From NCBI GenBank assembly GCA_964388765.1, contig CAYMBU010000001.1, positions 596 to 64,595 of the forward strand: 64,000 bases of DNA, read 5' to 3'. The stretch is from an uncultured Eubacterium sp. GTDB taxonomy: Bacteria; Bacillota; Clostridia; Peptostreptococcales; Anaerovoracaceae. Made by a program: the position numbers and the translations under genes. The number at the start of each line of letters is the position of its first letter. The first letter of the stretch is position 1. Of the stretch, positions 56,162 through 64,000 are shown piece after piece. Under the pieces are notes generated by a model. It was not told the DNA's origin. It saw only the letters and a list, made by a program, of their open reading frames with translations, and searched no databases.

Positions 56162-57430
56162 ATGCATGGGATCATTTTTTTGAACGATAAAACAAGATCC
56201 GGGAGAACTATACCTGTTTTGTTTTGCGCGGTTTTGATCGCGGTGATCGCGGTGATCGCAGCAGGTATCATGACGACAGATGAAACGTACGCCGCGGAGA
56301 GAGGCCCCGGAAAATATAAAGGCAAGCTGTATTTTCTGAACGCAAACGGCAAGCCGGCTACTGCCCGTAAGGAGCGTGTCCTCACAGCGAAAGGCAGAAA
56401 ATATTACGTCCTCAAGAACGGCCGCATCAGGAAGGGCTGGAACATCGTCGGGGACGACCTGTATTATTTCGGCAGGAAGACCGGCAGGATGATCGTGAAC
56501 AAGACGATTGCCGGGATCACTCTTCTGCCCGACGGCAAGGCGCAGAAATCATATAAGAACTCGAAGGGCAAGAAGGTCCAGTCTCTCGACGTCGCGATAC
56601 GGACAAAGTGCATCAAGGTCCTGAAGCGGCGCGGCGCCTATAACAAGAGCAAGGCAGCGCAGCTCAGAGCGGCGTGGACGTACATGACAGACAGGAAGAC
56701 GTTCCACTACAGCAAAATCTACCCGAACATGAAGGATCCGCAGTGGACCAAAAAGTATGCGAACAGGATGCTTTCTACCCACGGCGGCAACTGCTACGGA
56801 TATGCCTGCACACTGTCCGCCTTCGCGTGGACGATCGGTTTTGATCCTTACGTGGTCGCAGGGAGATGCCCCGGCGGAAGAGACGGCGCAAGAGACGGAT
56901 TCACCCGCCACTGCGTGCTGAAAATCAACGGCAGATGGTACGACCCTGAATACTGGGCGATCTACAGGAGCCACTACCTCTACGGCGCAAAGGGTCTTTC
57001 TTACACGTTCAAGAACCGCCATAGAGCCGTAAGGTTCAAGAAAGTCAAGGGCAGCGTTACGCCGGCCGTTAAAACCATCTCCGGCAACCTGAAGAAGATC
57101 GGCGGGAAATATTATTATTTCAACTCTAAAGGCAAGGCGAAAAAAGGCGTATACTATATTAAGGGAAAACTTTACAGCTTCACGAAAAAGGGAAAGTACG
57201 GCTGGTGTATGACGCCGGCAAGGCAGAAGAAAATCCAGAAAGCCGCGAAGAAAGGCAAGCCGTACACAACGCTCGTCAAGCTCATCGGCAAGGCGAAGCG
57301 TTATAACGACGAATGCGACGAGTACAGCAGCAGGACTTATATCTATCCGCACATCGCCGTAAATGTCCGCAGGAAAAGCGGCAAATGGGTCATCCGTAAA
57401 GTTATGGATATAAAGGAAATACAGTTGTAG
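56162..57430 (+). CDS. Basic secreted protein with cell-wall-binding-like (YYF) repeats and a transglutaminase-like domain
   Basis: Signal/TM; GW..VGDDLYYF repeats; GGNCYGYA, RHCVL, WYDPE Cys-His-Asp triad. Confidence 0.7.
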   Translation: MHGIIFLNDKTRSGRTIPVLFCAVLIAVIAVIAAGIMTTDETYAAERGPGKYKGKLYFLNANGKPATARKERVLTAKGRKYYVLKNGRIRKGWNIVGDDLYYFGRKTGRMIVNKTIAGITLLPDGKAQKSYKNSKGKKVQSLDVAIRTKCIKVLKRRGAYNKSKAAQLRAAWTYMTDRKTFHYSKIYPNMKDPQWTKKYANRMLSTHGGNCYGYACTLSAFAWTIGFDPYVVAGRCPGGRDGARDGFTRHCVLKINGRWYDPEYWAIYRSHYLYGAKGLSYTFKNRHRAVRFKKVKGSVTPAVKTISGNLKKIGGKYYYFNSKGKAKKGVYYIKGKLYSFTKKGKYGWCMTPARQKKIQKAAKKGKPYTTLVKLIGKAKRYNDECDEYSSRTYIYPHIAVNVRRKSGKWVIRKVMDIKEIQL

Positions 57431-57447
57431 TTCAAGGAGGAATCAAA

Positions 57448-58401
57448 ATGAATATCACAAGAAAGCTCACCTCAGGTGTTGTGATCATTCTGCTGGCTCT
57501 CACATTCTTCGCAGTGATCATGCCTCTTCAGGACGAGGCGCACGCGACAGTGGCAAAGGCCGCAGTAAAGAAAGCGAAGACTTACAGCAAATCGGCGAAT
57601 AAGCTGTTCAAAGTCAAAGGCTACTGGTACTGCTTCAGCAAGAAAAAGGTAAAGAAGGGCCTGCAGAAGGTCGGCTCCAATTACTATTTCTTCAACAAGT
57701 CGACCGGTAAGATGTACCTCAAGACAGGGCTCAAGAAGGTCAGCACCGCATACTACTACTTCAAGAAGTCAAGCGGCAAGGCTCCGGCTTACAGGAACAA
57801 GTCCTGGAAAGATGCAGACAATAAAGTCTGGTTCTTCAAGTCCAACGGCAAGAGGTACAACTACAGTTACAAGGACACAGGCAGCACAGCCGGAAACACA
57901 GCTGCCGGATATATCATCTCAGCAGCAAAGATAAAGCCGGAAAACAGCGCTACTGCGGCGCAGCTTCAGACAGCGTACAAGAAGATCGTGAACAGATCTA
58001 AGTACATTGCTCTCGACGTAAAGCCTATCACATCTTCTTCCGTAATCGGCTCATATGCTCTGACCGCCGCTAAGAAAAAAGGCGGGAAGTGTTATAACGT
58101 CGCGGCTCTGACTTTTGTTACATTCAAAGCTCTCGGCGACAATCCGTCACTTGTGACAGGGAAATGCACCAGGACCGGCGATATCAAAGATAATCAGGAT
58201 CATGCCTGGGTAGAAAGCAAAAAACTGGTGTACGACGCTGTATTCGATGTAACTATTACCAAGAAGTCCATGGCGTTCATGGGCAAGACCAAGGACGAGC
58301 TCCACGGAAAAGAGTACAAGGACAAGGAGTTCAAGCTGTCAGACGTCGACGCTGCATATAAAGACTATCTCTACACACCGGACAAACAAAACACATTCTA
58401 A
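57448..58401 (+). CDS. Basic secreted protein with YYF repeats and a transglutaminase-like domain
   Basis: Signal peptide EAHA; GLQKVGSNYYFF and GLKKVSTAYYYF; GGKCYNVA, DHAWVE, VYDA triad. Confidence 0.7.
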   Translation: MNITRKLTSGVVIILLALTFFAVIMPLQDEAHATVAKAAVKKAKTYSKSANKLFKVKGYWYCFSKKKVKKGLQKVGSNYYFFNKSTGKMYLKTGLKKVSTAYYYFKKSSGKAPAYRNKSWKDADNKVWFFKSNGKRYNYSYKDTGSTAGNTAAGYIISAAKIKPENSATAAQLQTAYKKIVNRSKYIALDVKPITSSSVIGSYALTAAKKKGGKCYNVAALTFVTFKALGDNPSLVTGKCTRTGDIKDNQDHAWVESKKLVYDAVFDVTITKKSMAFMGKTKDELHGKEYKDKEFKLSDVDAAYKDYLYTPDKQNTF

Positions 58402-58421
58402 TATAATCACACTAAAGTCAT

Positions 58422-60041
58422 ATGGTATTCAGTTCAGCACCGTTCATCTTCATATTCCTGCCTCTGGTATTTGCGGCGTATGCCCTTATGCCGGGACTTC
58501 GGGCGAAGAATGCGATGCTCACGATCGCGAGCCTGTTTTTCTATGCGTACGGCGAGCCTTTATTCGTGCTCGTCATGCTCGGCTCGATCGTGCTGAACTA
58601 TATTCTTGCAAGGATGATAGCCGGAGCGGATATAAACGCCCCGGCTTTTCATGTTTCCGAAAACAAGGCTGCCTCTGCCGGAGAGGCTGGCAGCGCAGAC
58701 AAAACAGCCAAGTCGGCCGGCAGGATGCATACATCTGCCCAGAGGGCTTTGCTCGCGGTCGCTGTCGTTTGTAATCTTCTATTGATCGGCGTATTCAAAT
58801 ACGCCGGTTTCTTCGTGCAGACGATCAATGATGTGACTGGCCTTAGCCTGCGTGTCCCGCAGATAGCGCTTCCGATCGGGATCTCGTTCTTCACATTCCA
58901 GGCGCTGTCGTATGTGATCGACGTATACCGCGACCCTTCGACTGTGCAGAAAAGCCTGGGTAAGGTGATGCTTTACATTTCGTTTTTCCCGCAGCTTATC
59001 GCGGGACCGATCGTCAAATACCATGACATCGCGCCGTATCTGGAATCGCGTACACAGAATATCGATGAGATCACTATCGGCATCCACAGGTTCGTGACCG
59101 GACTCGCCAAAAAGATGTTCCTCGCGAATTCCATGGGCGCTGTCGCTGATATGATGTTCGGCCTTCCTGAGGCTGACATGTCCGCGGGCACTGCGTGGAT
59201 CGGCGCCGTCTGCTATACGATGCAGATCTTCTTCGACTTCAGCGGATACTCCGACATGGCGATCGGTATCGGACACATGTTCGGCTTTACGATCAAAGAA
59301 AACTTCGACCATCCATATATCTCCACCAGCATCAAAGACTTCTGGCGCAGGTGGCATATATCGCTTTCGACCTGGTTCAAGGAGTACCTGTATATCCCTA
59401 TGGGCGGGAGCCGGGTTGGTCTGGCAAGGACCGAGATCAACAAACTTATTGTGTTCTTCGCGACCGGGCTCTGGCACGGAGCGAGCTGGAACTTCGTGAT
59501 TTGGGGCATGATCCACGGCATAGCGATAGTTGTGGAAGATCTGGTTGGACGGATACTTCCGGGGGAAGGCGGCTCCGGCCTGTGGAACGATGCCGTGACT
59601 GCCGGCTCGGGGAAAATCGGCACGTCCGCTGGTTTGGGGAAAGTCGGCGCGTCCTCCGGTTTGGGAAAAGCCAGAAGATTCTCACTATCAAAAGCCGTTG
59701 GCTGGCTGTATACGATACTTATCGTGATCTTCGCGTTCGTCCTCTTCAGAGCGGACACGCTCACGGACGGACTTTTGATGTATAAAGAGATGCTTACGGG
59801 GTTCGGAAGTGCCGTCGAAGATCCTTCGGCTGCATACAATACCTGCATGGAAGCATTGAACGCATATAACATAACGCTCTTTGCGGCAGCCTGCTTCTTC
59901 TGCGCGCCGCATCCAAAGCTGAACGAAAAACTGTGCGAGCACGGAGTCGGCGCGTACATTGTCACCGCAGTGCTCTTCATCCTGTGTGTACTTGAGATCG
60001 CAGGCGCGTCATTCAATCCGTTCATATATTTCAGATTCTGA
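58422..60041 (+). CDS. MBOAT O-acyltransferase (AlgI/PatA-like)
   Basis: MVFSS..F, LPIGISFFTFQ, FFPQLIAGPI, DFSGYSDMA, ENF..PY, FWRRWHISL, TGLWHGA, FIYFRF. Confidence 0.93.
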   Translation: MVFSSAPFIFIFLPLVFAAYALMPGLRAKNAMLTIASLFFYAYGEPLFVLVMLGSIVLNYILARMIAGADINAPAFHVSENKAASAGEAGSADKTAKSAGRMHTSAQRALLAVAVVCNLLLIGVFKYAGFFVQTINDVTGLSLRVPQIALPIGISFFTFQALSYVIDVYRDPSTVQKSLGKVMLYISFFPQLIAGPIVKYHDIAPYLESRTQNIDEITIGIHRFVTGLAKKMFLANSMGAVADMMFGLPEADMSAGTAWIGAVCYTMQIFFDFSGYSDMAIGIGHMFGFTIKENFDHPYISTSIKDFWRRWHISLSTWFKEYLYIPMGGSRVGLARTEINKLIVFFATGLWHGASWNFVIWGMIHGIAIVVEDLVGRILPGEGGSGLWNDAVTAGSGKIGTSAGLGKVGASSGLGKARRFSLSKAVGWLYTILIVIFAFVLFRADTLTDGLLMYKEMLTGFGSAVEDPSAAYNTCMEALNAYNITLFAAACFFCAPHPKLNEKLCEHGVGAYIVTAVLFILCVLEIAGASFNPFIYFRF

Positions 60042-60164
60042 TGTGCGGCAACGACGTTTCCCCACGAGCAATATATCACTTTGTGAAAAATCGTTTTAGA
60101 GCGATTTTGTTTGGGGTTTTGGTGTTTCGGTCATCAAAGCAGTGAAAGTATGTTATTTCAAGGT

Positions 60165-60333
60165 GATACTTTTTAGAGAATAATCATCAAAAAGTAGCAG
60201 TTTTGCGGATAAAGCAATCAAAAAGTATCAAAACAAGGGCTTTTTACACCAATAAAAGGAAGGTTTTTGATACTTTTTAAAAAGAAACGTCCAAAAAGTA
60301 GCACTTTTGTGCAAAACCCCGCAAAAAAGTACC
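60165..60333. repeat. Two imperfect 104-bp repeats (GATACTTTTT..AAAAAGTAGC..AAAAAGTA)
   Basis: GATACT at 60165 and 60269; AGTAGC ends at 60198 and 60302; AGTATC/AGTACC ends at 60229 and 60333. Confidence 0.7.
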
Positions 60334-60370
60334 CACACTGAATGTAATCGGAGACCAGTATGTAGATAGC

Positions 60371-60416
60371 AAAAAGCGGACACCTTTTCGATTCATGTGA
60401 AAAGGCACCCGCTTTT
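60371..60416 (-). terminator. Intrinsic terminator for the 319-aa gene
   Basis: RNA GCGGGUGCCUUUUC...GAAAAGGUGUCCGC-UUUUU. Confidence 0.65.
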
Positions 60417-60497
60417 ATTTATATTTTTCTGCTTATATCTCTGCTTAGATCTCTTCGCTTAAATTACTCGGAAAACATTCTGTCAGCATTGTTTATT

Positions 60498-61457
60498 TTA
60501 CCACATGGCCTCGTATTTCCAGTTCTTTAGCTGGTACGTAGATGGAAGGGTAAGCTTCTGTCCGTATTTATTCACGACCCAGACTTTGAACTTGGCTGAT
60601 GATGTCATTTTCTTCTTCAGCTTGACGCTCACCCATTTCCAGGTCTCGTAGGATGTGTCTGTCTTCCACTTGGCGGATTTGTATGTCTTTCCTTTATATT
60701 TGACCTTAACGACGTCTCCTTTGTGGAGGTTCCTGACCTCGACCTTGAGAACTTTGGCCTTTTTCTTGCTGGATTTGAATCCCCAGCATGAAGTGGCGCT
60801 GTTGATCTTAACCGTCTTTGCCTGAACGGTAAGACCGTTATACGTAATGGTAGGTATGATCTTGGTGCCGATCTTATATGCTTTGTTCAGCTTGAACGTC
60901 AGGTTATCGTGATCCTGATATTCTTCTCTGGTGAAATCTGTATAAACATCATCTCCGACCTTGAGCGTCGCGTCGGCACCTTTCATCGTGCTGAGTTCCA
61001 GCATCTTCAATCCATAGTAGTGATCAATTATGGAGCTGTTCTTAAGTGTCGCTTCTGTTACCTTGGATGTGACCGTGATAGGTATCGTGACCTCGTCCGA
61101 CGGGTTGCTGACATTCTGGACCGTTATCGCGCAGCTTCCTTCTTTGATGCCGTACACGCTGATATAACTGTCTGCGCTGCGACTTGACCATGTCTTGACA
61201 CTTATCCAGCAGCAATCTGTATCTCCGCTTTTGGTGTACGACATTATATCGCCGGTGCCCTCTGTCGGATAGATGGTGAACCAGTTGTCATCATTCAGTG
61301 TTATGCCTTCTGCCCTGCTGTAAGAATTGACGCCATCCGTCTTTTCATCAAAAGACATCCCCGCGTGCGCATAGCTCGTCTGTACGAGCATCATGCAGAT
61401 CAAAACAACGCAGGCCGCCGCAAGGATCGTAAGCGTATTTTTATAAACTGCCTTCAT
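60498..61457 (-). CDS. Secreted protein with an Ig-like N-terminus and a Lys-rich C-terminus
   Basis: Signal peptide YAHA; G.KEGS..ITV Ig-like strand; basic tail. Confidence 0.65.
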   Translation of the reverse strand: MKAVYKNTLTILAAACVVLICMMLVQTSYAHAGMSFDEKTDGVNSYSRAEGITLNDDNWFTIYPTEGTGDIMSYTKSGDTDCCWISVKTWSSRSADSYISVYGIKEGSCAITVQNVSNPSDEVTIPITVTSKVTEATLKNSSIIDHYYGLKMLELSTMKGADATLKVGDDVYTDFTREEYQDHDNLTFKLNKAYKIGTKIIPTITYNGLTVQAKTVKINSATSCWGFKSSKKKAKVLKVEVRNLHKGDVVKVKYKGKTYKSAKWKTDTSYETWKWVSVKLKKKMTSSAKFKVWVVNKYGQKLTLPSTYQLKNWKYEAMW

Positions 61458-61672
61458 TTGGAATTCTCCCTTCTGTAGTTCATATCCAGCTATATGTTCC
61501 GCTGTTCATACAGATATGATATCACTTTTCGCCGTGTAAATACAGGCTCTTGCCACGTTTTTCCGGACATCCGCCGTAGTTCCATCAAAACCCTTACGGG
61601 CTCCCGATTCGATCACGATTTTCATGTTGCTTTAAACTTTGACCGGCAATTCATGTATGTTACAATATAACC

Positions 61673-63448
61673 ATGAAGAAGGAAACTATCCGAAAACTGA
61701 AGATCACGTTCATCGTGCTTTTCTTTGCGGCGTCGCTTATGCCGCTTGTTCTGATGCCGTGGTTTGGAAACCAAGAGGCCGAGAGCGAAGAAGCGGATGT
61801 AAGGCTGAAACCGCTTTTCGCTGCGGGGAAGCTGGACACGGCGGCACTCATCGGCACAACCGGCGGCAGCAATCCCGACGGCGGCAGTTCTAGTGGTGCC
61901 GGCAGTAGCTTCCTGGAGAGCGCCGGCGACTATTTTGCAAAGAAGTTCGCGCTGCGGCGTGAGATGGTGACTGCGGGTGACCTTATCAAGGCGAAAGTGT
62001 TCGGCGTATCAGGCCAGGACGGCGTTGTCGTGGGCAGAAAAGGCTATCTTTTCTATAAGGATTCTTTCAACGATTATCTGGGGCGCGACGAGCTGACCGA
62101 CTATGAAGTCGCGTCGCTTTCATATAATATACAGCTCATGCAGGATGAGCTGGAGGCGCAGGACATTGACTTCCTCTTCACGGTCGCGCCGAACAAAAAC
62201 AGCCTTTACCCGGAGCTGATGCCTTCGCGCTACAGGCCGAACGTATCAAAGCGGAACATGACGAGGCTTAAGCCGCTTCTGGAGAGATCCGATGTGAATT
62301 ACCTGGACCTGTATGAGCTTTTCAACGACATTGACGAGGTCATGTATCTCAAAGGTGACTCTCACTGGAACAATACGGGCGCCGCACTCGTCGCGGGCGA
62401 GATCGTCAGTGCGCTGGGACGCGAGCGCATGTCTTACGACGACGGCAGGTCGGAGATAAGGAAAGATTTCTACGGCGACCTGACGGCCATGCTTTATCCG
62501 GCCGGCAGTAAAGATAAGGCAGCTGGCTCGACCGGCGGCAATAAGAAGACGGCTGGCACGGCCGGCAGCAATGAAATAGCGAGTGGCAAGACCAACAGCT
62601 TTGCTGACGAGCAGGTATACTATGACAAAATGGATTCTTCCGTGTATAATGAAAGGGTCGAGGTCAGCACGCTGAACGACGAGACCGGCGAACTGGAGAC
62701 GACCGATATAATGGCAAGGCCGGACTGGTCCACGGAATCCGAGATCGTGACAGAAAGCTACAGCGGCGCCGATGGAACGCTTTTGATGATAAGGGACTCT
62801 TTCGGTAATTCCCTTACGCCGTGGATGGCGGAAGAGTTCGGCGAGGCGCTTTTCCTGAATGGCACTCCGTATGATATCGGAAGGGCCGCGGACGAGGGCT
62901 ACGGGACGGTGGTTTTCGAGACGGTCGAGCGGAATCTCGACAGGCTGATAAGCGACGCGCCGGTCATTTCCACGACGGATCAGTGCATCACGACCGAGGA
63001 CATGTCGCTGCTCGACAAACTTCTTGCTCCGGACGTCACGAGAGAGAAGTACGCCGGTTCGTTGGAGATGGCGCCGTCCGACAGCGAGTTCGATTACACT
63101 TATGTGCAGGGCACGCTTGATCCTGAGCTGACCGACGACGACTCGAAGGTATGTCTCGTGCTCCAGAGCAAAGATACCGGCGAAACTGAGTACCACGCAC
63201 TTTTCCGTGTGTCGACATCAAAAGCCGCAGGCGGAAGCGGCAAAAACGAAAACGGCAGCAGTAATGCCGGCGGCACGGGCAAAACCGATGCAGCTGACAG
63301 CGGCAAAATTCCGGGCTGTGCGGCATATCTCAAAACAGAAGATCTGCCGGAAGGCAGTTTCGATCTACATCTGGCGTATACAAAAAACGGTGAATGGCGT
63401 GTCACGGACACGCTGGGAGAATACGACAGCGAACAGGCCGGCGAGTAG
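61673..63448 (+). CDS. AlgJ/AlgX/PatB-like SGNH O-acetyltransferase
   Basis: N-terminal TM; VVVGRKGYLFY, VAPNKNSLYPE, KGDSHWN..GA, IRDSFG, ETVERN. Confidence 0.85.
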   Translation: MKKETIRKLKITFIVLFFAASLMPLVLMPWFGNQEAESEEADVRLKPLFAAGKLDTAALIGTTGGSNPDGGSSSGAGSSFLESAGDYFAKKFALRREMVTAGDLIKAKVFGVSGQDGVVVGRKGYLFYKDSFNDYLGRDELTDYEVASLSYNIQLMQDELEAQDIDFLFTVAPNKNSLYPELMPSRYRPNVSKRNMTRLKPLLERSDVNYLDLYELFNDIDEVMYLKGDSHWNNTGAALVAGEIVSALGRERMSYDDGRSEIRKDFYGDLTAMLYPAGSKDKAAGSTGGNKKTAGTAGSNEIASGKTNSFADEQVYYDKMDSSVYNERVEVSTLNDETGELETTDIMARPDWSTESEIVTESYSGADGTLLMIRDSFGNSLTPWMAEEFGEALFLNGTPYDIGRAADEGYGTVVFETVERNLDRLISDAPVISTTDQCITTEDMSLLDKLLAPDVTREKYAGSLEMAPSDSEFDYTYVQGTLDPELTDDDSKVCLVLQSKDTGETEYHALFRVSTSKAAGGSGKNENGSSNAGGTGKTDAADSGKIPGCAAYLKTEDLPEGSFDLHLAYTKNGEWRVTDTLGEYDSEQAGE

Positions 63449-63595
63449 GCGGCGGTAAGCAAGCCAGGAAACCGACAGCGAGCAGGCCGGTAGTAGGCGA
63501 CCGCAACCGAGCCGTTGAGTGGGCGGTGGATCACCGGCTGTCAAGTGATCAGATAATAAACAGATAGTTATATATAAATAAGGAGGCTTTATAAT

Positions 63596-64000
63596 ATGGG
63601 GAATTGGGTAAAAAGAACAGCAATCATTTTAATGTGCGTCGCGATGGCACTATCTGCCGCGGCGTGTAACTCGAAGCAGAAAGAAAAGGAAGAAGCTGAA
63701 AAGGCCAGGCAGGAACAGATAAAGCAGGAAAACGAAGCCGCGGCCAATGCTTTTGTCGGAGCTGTGGAGGCTTTGCCTGGGATCGATGAGCTGAAGCTGA
63801 AGGATGAGACAGAAGTCGCAGGCGCGCGTGAGCTGTATGACGCACTGACAGATGAACAGAAGGAACTCGTTTCTTCCGCTGCAGTGACAAAGCTGGAGGA
63901 AGCAGAGAGGACGATCGAGGAGCTGAAGGAGAAGAAGGCCGAGCGGGACGCCGAAAAGAAAGAAAACAAGAAAGCCGCGAAGCAGGCAGAGGAAGTGATC
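63596..64000 (+). CDS. Lipoprotein with a helical coiled-coil surface repeat, truncated by the window edge
   Basis: AAGGAGG RBS; MGNWVKRTAIILMCVAMALSAAAC lipobox; ARELYDALTDEQKELV...KLEEAE; open to 64000. Confidence 0.72.
   Translation, partial: MGNWVKRTAIILMCVAMALSAAACNSKQKEKEEAEKARQEQIKQENEAAANAFVGAVEALPGIDELKLKDETEVAGARELYDALTDEQKELVSSAAVTKLEEAERTIEELKEKKAERDAEKKENKKAAKQAEEVI

Noticed and set aside
62246-63196. 316-aa minus-strand ORF (also 59213-60079, 56549-57352, 19303-20100, 6573-7316)
   Set aside because: Antisense shadows of well-supported genes caused by codon bias.

Overview
A 64-kb chromosomal segment, by gene content and sigmaA-type promoters most likely from an anaerobic gut/rumen Clostridia (inference). 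Metabolic genes: an aryl-acid/aromatic amino acid operon (iorA-iorB-paaK-ACT-Na+/solute symporter), a divergent acyl-CoA synthetase, a CoA-transferase, purB-purA-alr, and a folate-dependent histidine utilisation cluster (hutH, hutU, hutI, cyclodeaminase, formiminotransferase, GntR). Cell-surface genes: a 3491-aa LRR/CnaB adhesin with SipW-type/TasA-like subunits, a CotH protein, two transglutaminase-like proteins and an MBOAT/AlgJ-like O-acetylation pair. There are also two type II TA modules. Best unannotated signals: (1) an apparently complete ribosome-dependent attenuator upstream of iorA, with a Tyr/Phe leader peptide (MRKYSVIFAAEYYYYFYFKD), a 12-bp antiterminator and an intrinsic terminator, implying the operon makes Tyr/Phe from aryl-acetates; (2) a candidate hybrid TasA/BsaA-sortase fibre operon with an unanchored giant adhesin; (3) two repeat arrays unrelated in sequence but with the same 34/31-bp motif geometry, each next to a gene that interrupts an operon; (4) a dispersed REP-like GGGACGGTTC palindrome family. 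No rRNA, tRNA, CRISPR array or transposase was seen. All product calls come from motif recognition by eye; no searches were run.
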